Shown one piece after another: positions 1-12,522 of a stretch of 64,000 nucleotides of DNA. A model generated the notes under the pieces. That model did no database searches. It was not told where the DNA came from and saw nothing but the letters and a program-made list of their open reading frames with translations. Both the position numbers and the translations under genes were made by a program. How positions within the stretch are numbered: the stretch's first letter is position 1; every line of letters begins with the position of its first letter. Source of the stretch: Octopus bimaculoides (taxonomy: Eukaryota); contig NC_068987.1 of assembly GCF_001194135.2 (NCBI RefSeq), positions 24,047,567 through 24,111,566 of the forward strand, in the 5' to 3' direction.

Positions 1-1370
1 GTGATTTGCCAATGTTCTCTATAGCATGAGGTTAGAGACATGAGTGTTCCAAATTGCAAAGCAGAATGTCAGAGGAAATCAAGATGTGGATAGATAATGG
101 TATGCTTGCACTTGGTGGTTCTGAAATGAAAAAGACATGGAAATGCTACTATGAAAGGCTATTTAACTTAGAAAATGACTGGGAGAAAGAGCCTTCCTTA
201 TGTTGATCCAACAGAGGAACCAACTATCTGAGTTGACAGCAGTGTTAATGATAAGGTTTTTAAGGATATGGAAAAAGGAAAGCCCCCTAGTCCATCAGTT
301 AACCAAATTATACAGGAAGGTGTCTACTGTTACAAGAGTAAAGAAATACCATAGATAGAAGTAATTACCAAGGTGTCAAATTGTTGGATCAGGTCATGAA
401 AATTATGTGAGTTATAGCTTAATTAAAAACAGTAGATGAGATGAGATACAGTTTGATTTTATGTTACAGAGATGTACTACCAATGCCATCTTCCAAGTAA
501 GACAATTGTAGAAGTAGTTATCAGAAAGTAAGCCTTTGTACTTGGTATTCATTGACCTGGAGAAAGCCCAGGCTCTGTGACTCAGTAGTCTCTAAGGAAG
601 ATAGGAGTTGACAAATGGCTTGTGAGAGCCTTACAAACCATGTATGGAGGTGCAATCAGTAAGATAGGAGTTAGGTGTGAGTATAGCTATGAATTTCGGG
701 CACAGGGATCAGTTTTCAGTCCCCTCCTATTCATCATTGCCCTCCAGGCTACAGCAGAGGAGATTAAGACCAGCTGTGACTTCATTCTCATAGCAAAATT
801 TATTACAGTAGAATAAGAAAAGAAATTCCAGATGTGGAAGCAAAAACTGGAAATGAAGAGCCTTAAAGCTAACTTAGCAGAGACCAAAGTTCTAATAAAC
901 AGGAAAACAAACAAGACTTCACTCTCCTCAGGTAAATGGTTTTGCTCAATATGTAGGAAAAGTGTAAGCAGGAATTCCATATGATATGTCCAGTGAAAGC
1001 TATGGATGCATAAGTGGTGCAGTGGAACCACAAGAAGGTTAATGGAGGAAGTAGTGTTTGTATGTGGAAGGTATACAGGAGTCAAAAAGACTAAGAACAC
1101 ACATGGAATAACTTTTCTCAAATGCCCTGAGGGCTCCCTAGAAATAGCAAATAGCTTCTGTTAACTAGGTGACCTAATTAGTAGCGGGGGAGAGTGTTCT
1201 GAAAGTGTAGTTGCTTGAAGAAGAATAGGATGGAGAAAGTTCAGGGAGCTATTACCTCTGTCGGCTACAAAAGATCTCTTTCAGAATAAAAGGCAGATTA
1301 TATGGTGCTTGTGTACAACAGTAGTGCTACATAGTAGTGAAACATAGGCTGATTGTGGATGATAATGATT
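1..1370 (+). mobile_element. Degenerate RTE-clade LINE reverse transcriptase fragment
   Basis: Broken frames read FIDLEKA, LRKIGVDKWLVRALQTMY, QGSVFSPLLFII, LKANLAETKVL, a Cys-rich CSICRKSV segment and RIGWRKFRELLPL; many stops and frameshifts. Confidence 0.85.
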
Positions 1371-1469
1371 CTAACTCAGTCATATGCAAAGGTACCTTCT
1401 TGTACAATGGTAAACTAAATAAGTAGCAGGTACTTTCCTGTACAAACTCATAAACTAAGTTGAAAATAT

Positions 1470-1600
1470 TGTTTTCCAACCATGTAATTTTGGATTCAGT
1501 CCCACTGCACCTTGAGCAAGTGTATTCTACTATAGCCTGGGACTGACCAAAACTTTGTAATGGATTTGATAGAAACTAAAAGAAGCCATCATATGTACAC
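1470..1600 (+). mobile_element. Old tRNA-derived SINE fragment
   Basis: GGATTCAGTCCCACTGCACCTTGAGCAAGTGTATTCTACTATAGCC matches the head of the copies at 4965, 43470, 46030 and 46925. Confidence 0.6.
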
Positions 1601-2621
1601 CTTTTACCATAAGTGAGAATTATTTTTCTCCATGGTAAAATGCATGTAAATTGCCTTCAAAAGTTAAAATATGTTACAAATATATTTGAACTAACCTAAA
1701 GTTTGTATATTTCTTATCATTGCTTAGTGCTACTACTAATATATTTGTTCTGACTGGGCATTGGCAAAAATCTTCATTTGGATATAGAAACTAGTAGCAA
1801 AGTACACCTAACATTTATCATGCAGCTTAGCCTTTATGTATTCTATTACCCACTTCTTTCTACTCCTTACAAACTCATATTTACTTCACTATTCCATCCT
1901 CGTCATATACTGCCTATCTGTGGTCCTGCTCTAATTATGGAATTAGTTCTTGCCTTGCAGCATGTTTTATCAAAATCCAAATCTCTGTTATACTGCAATT
2001 CTTTATTAAAAATTTAGATTCCCAATAGATGTTACTAATTATATGAAAAGCTATTTTCAACTTCTACATCCTCTTTTTTCAAGTTATAGTTCTATTCTCA
2101 AATTGATAATTTGGAATATTTATTTTATTTTTGAATTGACGTGTTGAATGCAATAACCTGCAAACAAAACCATTTCAGTTAAAGAATAAAAAATCTTACA
2201 GTAAATCACCTTTCTTCCAAACTTATTGCATAAAGAACTGATATAGACTATTGCAGCTTAAATTCACAAAGACAAAAGTAATTGAGTCATAATACACAAC
2301 TGTCAACTGTTTGTAACATCAAAATAGTAACAAATGTGTGTAATCAGATCAGATATTTATGTTAATCCAAAGTGAATTAATAAAGAGGTTTATGAATTTA
2401 TGTAAAGTTTAACTATACATATTATAACTTCTTTTATTTACACTGATTTTCTACAAAAGAAATGGCCCCATTGAGACAAGTAAGTCCATATTTGTCTGCA
2501 TTGTAGAAGGTTCAAGTTCAACATTATATCATTATTGCATAGTACTAACTGCCACATAGGAATCCATTGTGGTTTCCTGAAATAATAATTGGTATAATTT
2601 ATTCAAAGTAATTCTATTTTT

Positions 2622-3860
2622 TCATGTCTTGTCTTTCATGTGATTTTGTCTATGACTACTCAAACTACAATTCTTAGGGAATGTTTCTCCACATATATCA
2701 CAATGATATGATTTTTCACCTGTGTGAACACGTCGATGTCGAGTTAAATGTTGATTATCAGAGAAGGTTTTACCACAAATATCACAATAATATGGTTTTT
2801 CACCTGTGTGAACACGTACATGTAGTGTCAAATGACTGCTCTGGGAGAACGTTTTGCCACAGATATCACAGTGGTATGGTTTTTCACCTGTGTGAACACG
2901 TACATGTAGTGTCAGGTGACTACTTTGAGTGAATGTTTTACCACAGATATCACAGTGGTATGGTTTTTCACCAGTGTGAATGCGCTTATGTTTAGATAAT
3001 TTACTACTGTCAGAAAATGTTTTCCCACAGATATCACAGTGGAATGGTTTCTCTCCTGTGTGAATTCGTTTATGACTTGTCAGAGTACCATTCTCAGAGA
3101 AGGTTTTCCCACAAATATCACAGTGGTATGGTTTCTCTCCTGTGTGAATTCGTTTATGAGTAGTCAGAGTACCATTTTCAGAAAATGCTTTCCCACAGAC
3201 ATCACAATGGTATGGTTTTTCACCAGTGTGAACATATTTATGACTACTCAAATAAGAATTTCGGGAGAATGTTTTTGCGCAAATACCACACTGATATGGT
3301 TTCTCTCCTGTGTGAATACGTTTATGAATAGTTAAACTATTACTATGGGAGAATGTTTTGCTGCAAATATCACAGTGATATGGTTTCTCACCTGAGTGAA
3401 TATATTTGTGTCTGGTCAAATGACCATACTGAGTGAATGTTTTGCCACAAATATCACAGTGATATGGCTTTTCACCAGTATGAATACGTCTATGATTAGT
3501 TAAAGTACTACTTTCAGAGAAATTTCTACCACAGATATCACAATGATGTGGTCTCTCACCTGTGTGACTGTATCTATGACTAGTTAAATAATACTTTCGA
3601 GAGAATGTTTTATTACAAATATCACAATGAAATGGTTTCTCACCAGTGTGAATATATTTGTGAACAGTTAAACTACTATTATAAGAAAATGATTTACCAC
3701 AGATATTACAGTGGTATGGTTTCTCAGCAGAATGAACAGCTTGGTGTCGTGTTAAATGACTATATTTAAAGAATGTTTTACCACAGGTTACACATTGATA
3801 AATTTTCTCATCTATGTGAATATATTTATGAATAGGTAAAGAATTGCTTTTAGCAATCAT
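2622..3860 (-). CDS. ZF1: C2H2 zinc-finger protein, 14 fingers, 412 aa
   Basis: Uninterrupted ORF with 14 CxxC-x12-HxxxH repeats joined by TGEKP-type linkers. Confidence 0.93.
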   Translation of the reverse strand: MIAKSNSLPIHKYIHIDEKIYQCVTCGKTFFKYSHLTRHQAVHSAEKPYHCNICGKSFSYNSSLTVHKYIHTGEKPFHCDICNKTFSRKYYLTSHRYSHTGERPHHCDICGRNFSESSTLTNHRRIHTGEKPYHCDICGKTFTQYGHLTRHKYIHSGEKPYHCDICSKTFSHSNSLTIHKRIHTGEKPYQCGICAKTFSRNSYLSSHKYVHTGEKPYHCDVCGKAFSENGTLTTHKRIHTGEKPYHCDICGKTFSENGTLTSHKRIHTGEKPFHCDICGKTFSDSSKLSKHKRIHTGEKPYHCDICGKTFTQSSHLTLHVRVHTGEKPYHCDICGKTFSQSSHLTLHVRVHTGEKPYYCDICGKTFSDNQHLTRHRRVHTGEKSYHCDICGETFPKNCSLSSHRQNHMKDKT

Positions 3861-4059
3861 TTTACCATAAGTCTCACAATGTTTAAGATTTTGAGCTTGT
3901 ATGAATTAACTTTTGTTTAAGTATATTATTAGACTGTGTGAATACCTTCCTACAGGCATTGGAGTGTTGAGATTTTTTTTGTATTTACACATGAGATACA
4001 ACACTAGATTCAGACTGCATTTGATAGTGAACCTTTCTTTCACACAATTTCTCCTCCAT
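3861..4059 (-). pseudogene. Disrupted ancestral N-terminal leader of ZF1 (now a 24-aa uORF plus frameshifted remnant)
   Basis: ATG at 4059 gives MEEKLCERKVHYQMQSESSVVSHV*, homologous to the MEEKLCENQ leader of ZF2; a 1-nt insertion follows near 3890. Confidence 0.8.
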
Positions 4060-4502
4060 AAGTTTCCTCCTTCTTTTATAGTAAATATTTCCTTTTTGTA
4101 AATTTAGTTAAATTTCAGATGTCTCATGAAGAAGAATATATATATTATATGAAACTTTCAATAAATACTGAAGATTACAATATATATACTCTAGGTGTAA
4201 AAAGTGATGTTTCACAAAGTCTGTAGATGTCTTGGTCATAAAGAAGCAGTTTCAAGATACTTTATTAGGACAATTTTTTTTTTCTTTTTCCTTCAATCTT
4301 GGAATTAAAAACAAGCAAGTAAACTGACTCTAGCTTTGAAGAGACACTCAGATATGAAAGACATTACATGTAAACCAAGACAGATATGTTATCAAGTTTA
4401 TGCTGCAATCCCTTTATAACTATAATTTAAATTTCACAGAAACCTAATCAAGGTTATAAAGAACAGTTAATTGGGTTCCTTGATAATGTCTGTCTTCAAT
4501 TT

Positions 4503-4590
4503 TCAAAATCTGACGTATTTCTTGATATATTTTGAATCAGCAATTACCATTTCAATATCACCACAAACTCTGAAATAAAGAACATAAACT
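4503..4590 (-). promoter_or_regulatory. Conserved splice acceptor (TTCTTTATTTCAG|, exon starts 4569) plus uORF MVIADSKYIKKYVRF*
   Basis: Polypyrimidine+CAG; homologous acceptors give exon starts at 14210, 24649, 33306, 42923, 51046, 60323 (minus) and 17370 (plus). Confidence 0.75.
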
Positions 4591-4964
4591 AGAAAGGATA
4601 CTGAAAAGTGAACATGAAGGCTATTAAGCAGGGGAGACTTCAACAGAGACATGAGATGACAGAATAATAATAAAAAGGCTCAGAAAACATCTACATAAGA
4701 AAGAGACAATAGAATGGATATGTAGCATAAATGGATGATGTGGTGTGTGGATGGGGACATTAGAAATGAGTTAATAATAAGCTACATACAGATGTCAAAA
4801 GAATAGCATAATTAAGGATCATAAACATATAACAATATAAGGCTGGGAAGCTTAGACAAGAATAAGGTCATTGAAATTCCAGTTATAATTACTTCTGATA
4901 ACAGATCTTTAGTAACAGCTTGATATCAATGTTGAGGTATCAGTATATATGTATAGATGTGTGT

Positions 4965-5395
4965 GTGTGTGTGTACTAAGAAGTTTCCTTCCTAACCACA
5001 TAGTTCTGGTTCAGTCACATGGCATGGTACCATGGATAAGCATCTTCTACTATAGTCCCAGGCTGACAAAAGTCTTGGGAGTGCATTTGGTAGTCAGAAA
5101 CTGAAAGAAGCTCATCATATGTTTATTTATATATGTGTATGTGTGTGTGCATGTGTTACTGTCTCCTTCTTTTGATATTGCATAAAAGTTGTAAATGAGT
5201 GTTACTGTCATGCAAGCAGCACTCTTTATTTTCCATATTCCATCAAAACATGTCTGGTGATGGGGAAATATTATCTCACTTGAAAACAGGTAAGGGTTGG
5301 TGACAGGAAGGACAGCTGGCCATACAAAACCTGCCTCAACAAATTTCGAGTAACCCATGTAAGCAAAGAAAAAATGGATATTAAAATGGTGAGAT
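4965..5395 (+). mobile_element. Old tRNA-derived SINE with RTE-like 3' tail
   Basis: Head AAGAAGTTTCCTTCCTAACCACATAGTTC, internal (AT/GT)n, tail GGTTGGTGACAGGAAGG; several similar copies in the window. Confidence 0.7.
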
Positions 5396-6235
5396 GACAT
5401 ATACATATATTTTTACACACACACATATATATGTATGTATATACATGTAGGCATGTTATACACACACACCTGTGTCATTATGACTTTTATATCCACATTC
5501 CATGCTGGTATAGGATGAATGAGTCATCACCTTCCAAATCAGTTCTTATTTGGAGTTACTGCCCTCACAGATGGGTCAGGAGATTATGTCTCACTTGTAC
5601 ATTCCATTTTTGACATGGCTTCTATGGCTGTATGTTGCTATTCCTAACACTAACCACTTTGCTGAGTGTATTGGAATTATTTTATCAAAGCACCAACTCA
5701 AGGGAGGTTGTGATGCCCTCATCCAGATTAAAGAGTTTTCTCAACCCTGAATTGTCTCTACCCTTTTGTCATCCACTTTACAGAATGTACTAGCATATTT
5801 TACCATAGTACAAGCCTTGATGAGGTTGCAACGTACAAGGCTAAAGAGTCCTCACTACCCAACAATGTTTCTGCTCACTCAAGGTAATATGATCAAGAGG
5901 GTAAATAGGACAGAGGAAGAACAATGGTGAATGAAAGAAGAGAGCAAGAATACATAAAAGGAAACAGAATATGAGGAAATAATGGAAGAAAGAGAATGAT
6001 GGCAGCTACATGTTTGCTTGTGTGAGACAAAATAAGAGACAAAATAAGAGACAAAGATATAGAGAAAGAGAGACTGAGTGGTTGAAAGTAATAGAGATGG
6101 GTGGTGGTAAGAGAAAATGATGAATAGTAAGAGAAAGTGGTATAGTGAGGAAGTAGTAATAACTAATGACAAAAAATGATGGTAGTAAGTATTGGTTATG
6201 ATCTAACATAATCCTTTACAAATAAGTATGTTGAA

Positions 6236-6258
6236 AAGAGAGAGAGAGAGAGAGAGAG
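6236..6258. repeat. (AG)n microsatellite
   Basis: Direct reading. Confidence 0.9.
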
Positions 6259-6539
6259 GTTGAATGATAAGGATGGAGAGAGGTTTTGAATCTGCTTGTT
6301 ATCCAGACAGCCTGGCACTGTGAATGGAAAAGATGCTCAGTGTCAGAGAAATTAGATGGTTGGATAGAACCATTGCTATCTTTAGTCATACTTGCTGCAT
6401 AGTACAATGAATAGAAGGAAAGAGTGAATGATAGAGTTGAGAGAATAAAAAAGTGATGGGACACATTAGGCAAGAGAACAAAAATCTAGGTATATTATCT
6501 CTCCCAATTTCCTTCATTCATTCCATTTTAATACTTGCT

Positions 6540-7010
6540 CTGCCTTGCCTTTATGGGTATTCCCCAGCACCAAATCTTGCAACACAGTTTCTTCTTATAT
6601 CCATCAAGAGGCTGAACATATTGAGGTCAGTTTTCACCACTTCATCTCATATCTTCTTAGGTCATTCTCGTCCACAAGTTCAATTCGCTAAGAGTGCTCT
6701 GCTTTGTACAGCTGCCACCCTCCATATACATCACATGCCTGCCCCAGAGTAAGCTTTATCGTTGCCTCTTATTCTCAGATTTTCTTTCATACACACTAAC
6801 ATTACACATCTAGAAAATCAAGTTTGCTTCATCTCTTTCTGGCCATCTCAAATCGTCTCTATTTAAGAACCACGTCTAGCAATTGTGCAGCATCACAGTT
6901 TGTATACAAGTACCATACAATCTACCTTTTACTTTGAAAGGGAAATACCACTTTGTTTACCAGGGGATGTAATAGCTCACTGACCTTTTTCCAATTTGTT
7001 TTTACTCAGG
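6540..7010 (-). mobile_element. Degenerate RTE LINE C-terminal fragment
   Basis: Minus strand reads NWKKVSELLHPLVNK..KGRLYGTCIQTVMLH, homologous to the end of the fragment at 1-1370. Confidence 0.7.
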
Positions 7011-7733
7011 TTGTTGCACTTTTGAAACCACCACCTCCATTATATATTAGGTCACCGAAGTAAAAAAAAAAAAAAAAAACAACTTCTTCTAGGGTGCTAT
7101 TTGGACATTTGAAAGTCTGTTTCACATGTGTACTTGTGTTTACATGTATGCTAAATTCGTTGCTGAGCTTATTGCTGACTGTACTTTTGTACATGGCTTG
7201 TGAGTCTTACAAGTCATTCATCATTTGCGAGCTTCTTCAACAATCAGCAAATAACAGTGTGGAACCCTTCGTTAGCAACCACTGGATTACAAAAATTGAA
7301 CCCAGTTATAGATCTTCTATAATGGAATAAGGAGATACGAGCTGTGTTTGACAACGAAAGTGAACACAACAATGACAAAATATACGTAGATGAGTGCTAA
7401 AGCATCATATGAAGGAAACGTAGATCCAATGGGTCTTTATTTACATTTTACATGAATATATAATTCATGAAGAATTCGATGACAAAAGTTAAAAATAAAT
7501 ATATTCAGCAATCTATTATTTAACTAGAAGTTACTGCAGACGTTCTTTTTATTCCGTGCACCCTACACTGTCCTCCCCCATACACCAGCAGATGTGGTAT
7601 AAAAAATGATTCGAATACAGAATTGGAATACTTTGTGATGCAAGCTGGAAACAATACTGCTATCATTACGAGGAATGGGATTGGATCTTTGCTTCATACA
7701 GACCAAATTAAGCCTAAACGTAGTCACTTTAAA

Positions 7734-7862
7734 CACTAGCGTAGCTAGTGTGGGCGGTAGGGGCTGCACTTTTGGGTTCTGCTGTAGGCAATGTGTTTTT
7801 TGTGGGGTCCGGGGGCGGCAAACGGAAGCGCCGCCCCGGGCGGCACACACACTAGCAAGCTA
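7734..7862. mobile_element. GC-rich short non-autonomous DNA element (hAT-like MITE remnant)
   Basis: CACTAGCGTAGCTAGTGTG start and CACACACTAGCAAGCTAG end, with GC-rich GGGCGG/GCCGCCCC arms in AT-rich DNA; no TSD confirmed. Confidence 0.4.
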
Positions 7863-8189
7863 GGATAATGACAAGAATGGCAACAATACTAATTTTTCTG
7901 GTAGTGCCCCTCTTGGTATGAGAAGCACCTGTGGTAGTGACGAGGAACACCGGGATAGAAAATGTGAAAGAAATCGTAGGAATACTCGATCTATATGTGG
8001 ATAAAGACCGGGAAATATGAAGATGTTAGCATAATAAAACCAAAAACGATGGCTTGCCTAATTATATATTATGTTAACAAGTCTGGGCAGAGATAAGAGA
8101 CGAGAAACTACAAACAACGTAGGGAACAAACAATGGTTTTAATTGCTTTGGGATTATTACCAATACTGATGTCTTTCGATAAAGTGACG

Positions 8190-8660
8190 ATAATTAAGTA
8201 CAATAACACGATAAACCAAAATATATACACAGATATCTCGTCAAAATTGAAACTGCTTTAACTGGGAAAACATTGTGACAATACGTTACAATTAATGACA
8301 AATACTTCAATGTCATTATTAGTAAATAGTTTCTTAAACTGAGCGTCACCAATGCTTATTTTTAAATAGAAATTAAGCCTGCATGTAAATAACATCTCAG
8401 AATTAATACATACTGAGGGTGGTTCAAAGATGTTTGCACTAAAACATATTCAATAATTAGCTACTGATAATAGATTAACTTATTGTTTTCTTTGTGTCTT
8501 ACCTCATTCTTTGATGCCACAGTATTGATAGGTGAAATAAATATATAGGTATTAACAGACATAATACACTTCTTAGATATTCTTTTAGCTTAATTCACTT
8601 GTTTCACAGAAAACCGTGATCAATCTATCGAATAATAAGCCATACTTTCGTAAAAATAAT
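8190..8660 (-). promoter_or_regulatory. Conserved promoter/first-exon block of ZF1
   Basis: Homologous to blocks upstream of the other six minus-strand ZF genes; ends in AAGCCATACTTTCGTAAAA (8646-8655); donor-like GAG|GTAAGA at 8497-8505. Confidence 0.65.
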
Positions 8661-8834
8661 TCTGCATAACTACAGATTTCGGTTTTCGGATACAGAGATT
8701 CCGGAAAATTGCCAAAAATCAGAAGTTTGAAATTTCTATTGAACTAAAATTTTTTTGGTGAAATACGTAGAAAAATACGGAGATTATGATTCTGAAAAAA
8801 AAAAATTTTGTAAAATTTCAATTTTTCAAAAATA

Positions 8835-9450
8835 AATACCCCCACATCATATCCCGGAATCATTGGAATTTGTTTTTTTGCATTGAATGAATTCCGGTGA
8901 TCTACTATGCTACAAAACCCTTTTTTTTAGGCTCGGAAAACGGGGTGAGGTGGGGTGGAAGCCTCGGAAACTTCACCCCCACCCCCATTTTCAAATATTT
9001 TTTGCTATTTCTTTCTTTTCCCATAATTCTAGATAACATTTTGCAGAAATACGTTTTCGAGAGAGTGTGGATTACATTAGATTGAAAATTCAAAGAAGTT
9101 TGAAATGAATATATGAAAATGCAGAGGTTATAGAAGTTAGAGTGTGTACAGTTTTTGCATGTATGTGTGAAACGAAGTATAATATTAAGGCACTTTTTTG
9201 CCAATATTAAAACAAAAATATCTCCTGCCCATCTTGGCATAACTACAGGGTTTTACCCCTAGTTATGCCAATATCTTTTTCTTACCTCTTAAAATCACTG
9301 GATATAATAATCCCAGATTGTAAAATAAATTTCCAATTTTTGGCGCCGAAATGAGTTTCATTTTTGTGTGGAGAGAGAGAGAGAATGAGTGCAATAAAGA
9401 GAGAGAGAGACAGAAAGAAAAAGAGAGTGAGTGGGTGATGAGGTTTACCC
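8835..9450. mobile_element. Non-autonomous DNA-transposon-like repeat
   Basis: High similarity to 27660-28330 and 28890-29070 (CATTTTCAAATATTTTTTGCTATTTC...GTGTGGATTACATTAGATTG; TTTTGGCGCCGAAA). Confidence 0.6.
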
Positions 9451-10329
9451 AAACATTTGACAAGACAACACGTGCTCACGGAAATTACCGAGTAGTACGT
9501 TTATAGAATTCGAGTCAATACTAAATTACGCCCATGTTTATTATAGAGATCATGTAACGAATTATACTTTACACTGTTATATTTAACTGTGCGTGTATAT
9601 TCCTTATCTTTGCTTCTGGTGTCTTCTGCCTTTCTATTAGAAACGTTTACCTGGGAATTTACTTAAAGTGAAAAAAAAAAAGATCGTATGCAACAGTTAA
9701 GTCGTCATAATAACATATTTCTGTATACCAGACCTTTAGCTGTTATTTTTAGCACAACGAGTTTTCTGGTGAGGGCGTCATTTGCCTTCGTTGTCTGGAC
9801 TTCTGTAGAAATCTACGGATGCACAAAACAGAAAAGGAAACAAATATGGACGACTTGTTCCAAAACACTCCAACCCCCAATTGTTTTCCCCTAAAATCCT
9901 TATATCCTCGGAATCTAAATAGTCCGAGGTATATTTGTAGAGAATTTCTATAAAAAATTTCCATTTTCCTTAAAGTTAAAATGAATTGAAGTGGACTCCA
10001 GTGAATTTTCCGAAATTCTCCCCCTCCTAAAACACTCTCCCACAAAAAAAAAATTATATATTCGGAATCTACATGATATAATACATATTCGTAGAAAATT
10101 TCATTAAAAAATATCCATTTTTCTGAAAGTTATGATCACCCAAAGTCTGTGGGGTGGGGGCAGAAATTTAGTTCTGCCAAGAATTCTCTTTAAACACATA
10201 GGTTGCCTTTGGTCTCAGACAAATTTCAAGATCCTGCATATTTAATTCTCAACTTAAGCATCTTTTAATTCTATTTCCTTTTTATTGCAAAATAAAATAA
10301 AGCTTTTTTACTCGTGGTCTTGCTAACCA

Positions 10330-11200
10330 CGAATAGCACTATTTCAAACTTCTTGGGAATGATCGGCATGATGTAATTCAGAAGTTAATCAGTGACACCA
10401 TCATGCATTTCTAGCTTGAACTGTGAAACTGCTTTAGTGGCTTGGTTACTCTTTAACAAACTGAAACCCAGGCTGAAAACAAGTAGCACAATTTTAAGCA
10501 TCACATGTAAAGATTAACAACTCAAGAATTCAGGTTTACCAGGAATAAGCAAAAGGATTGGACATCAGACTGCACTACAGAATTCATTGAGAGTTCTAAT
10601 TGTGCTTGGACACCATTAACTATCAGCTACTCAAAAGACAAACAATTCATTTTGTCTATGCTGTCGGCAATGAATACTGGTATACTGTTGCTCTGGACAT
10701 GAAACAAATAGCTCCTGTTGAGGATTCATGAAAACTGCACCAACTTAAGTCAACTGTGAAGGGCTACATATCAACAAAAAAACAATTCTTGGTATTCAAG
10801 GTGTAGTTATTTTGAATTTTGATGAACATCACAGTCAAAGATGTGACCATTTTATGACCCTACTCAACTATGATTTGTTCATAGATACCATTCTTTACAT
10901 ATTATCTGAGTGCCTAAAACATAAAGGTGTGCAAATCTAACCACAAACTTCGGAACAAGGCCCCAGGTGTTGATGGTTTGTCTGGTAAGATCCTCACAAA
11001 TTGTTTCAATGTCTTGGTTTCCTGGTTGCATTGTGTAATCACTTGCATCTAGGAACAGGAGACTTAAAATCTCTCCCACAAGACTGGAGTGACACAGGCT
11101 TCCTCTCTTTCTTTAAGAAGGATGATACATATTCTTGCAACAACTAATGAGGCATCACAGCCAAGATATTCATTGTCCTTCTGCGACAAAATTTCTTCAT
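10330..11200 (+). mobile_element. Degenerate RTE-type LINE ORF fragment (pre-RT region)
   Basis: LRNKAPGVDGLSGKIL, PQDWSD and FKKDDTYSCNN*..GI resemble the KAPGxDG / PxDW / KKGDxxxCxNYRGI motifs. Confidence 0.65.
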
Positions 11201-11589
11201 GAGCATCAACACAGAGCACAAAATCAGTACAAAAATCTTTGCTGACGCTCCATGTTTTGGATTTTGTGTCAAATTCTGATGTTTGTTGTCATTGATAGAG
11301 TGATTCTTTTCAAGAGCTCTTTCTCAAAAGATACCTCCCTTGGTTTTGGTGATGCATTCTGCTGTTCACAAAACAAAGTCATTTCTGATGTTACACCAGA
11401 GTCATTTTCAGAATGACCTAAATGGTAAGGTAGACAGCTGAAAAGAGAATTTATATGATCAAATTGGATCTTGAATCAATGTATAGCATCTGCCATTAGA
11501 ATCATGACTGGCATCAAGCATATGTGATTGCATAGCATGGTCAGCTTCTGTGGATTCAGTTAAGTTTTATTTATATATATATATATAAG

Positions 11590-11810
11590 TTTGTGTCTCC
11601 TTGCCATTAACATAGCATATTTGTAAATGAGTGTCAGTCAGTGTCATTCATTTTCCCTATTCAGCAAAAAACTTATATGGCCATGGAAAAATATTTGCTT
11701 AGAAACAAGTGAGGGTTGGTGACAGGAAGGGTATCTGGCCATCATAAGATCTGCCTCAACAAACTCATGCAAACATACACAAGTGCACATTAAAAATGAT
11801 AATGATGATC
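11590..11810 (+). mobile_element. 3' half of old SINE
   Basis: GAGGGTTGGTGACAGGAAGGGTATCTGGCC tail and ATGATAATGATGAT end. Confidence 0.55.
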
Positions 11811-12522
11811 TATAATAGTTTAAATGCAGTAATCTGCAAGGGAACTCTTTTCAATTAAGACCTGACTTTTACAGTAAATCACCCTTCTTCCAGCTACACA
11901 AACTTACTATACTGGAAATAACTGATAAAAGATATACTTTGTAGATTATTGCAACTTCAATTTAAAATCACAAAAGTAATTCCATAACGAAACACAGCTA
12001 TCATCAGCTCATAACATTTTAATAGCGACAAATGTCTGTAAGCAGATAAAATATTAAAATTTAATTATAAAATACATCAATTTTATTTGTTATTTAAATA
12101 AATGGTCCGTCCCATTTACACATGTAAATCTATATACACTTATTTAATCATGCTGAAGAATGTTCTGGAAATTCTCCAGATTGTGTTGGAGAGAGTAAAA
12201 AAAGAAATTGTAGTTTGTAAACATTGCAAATCAGAAAGATTATTTTTTTATTAATCAGTGTATGAAAAATTTTATTGAAAATTTTCTTAACTATGTAAAA
12301 TATTTGGGTGATATACAAAACAAATTGTTTTAGAAAGTTAACAGTTAATAAAAATTACAACACACTGATTTATAACCTTTTGCAAATGTTACAAAATATT
12401 CTCAAATAATTCAAGTAACATTATATAAACATGGCATTCATTAATTTTCTGTGATGTTCTTTAAACATTCACGGTATTAATTCCATTATGTCATAAAGTA
12501 ATAATTTTACAAATTCTTTTAA

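Noticed and set aside
5879-6473. Hydrophobic Ser/Leu/Phe-rich ORFs resembling membrane peptides
   Set aside because: Reverse complement of purine-rich low-complexity/(AG)n DNA
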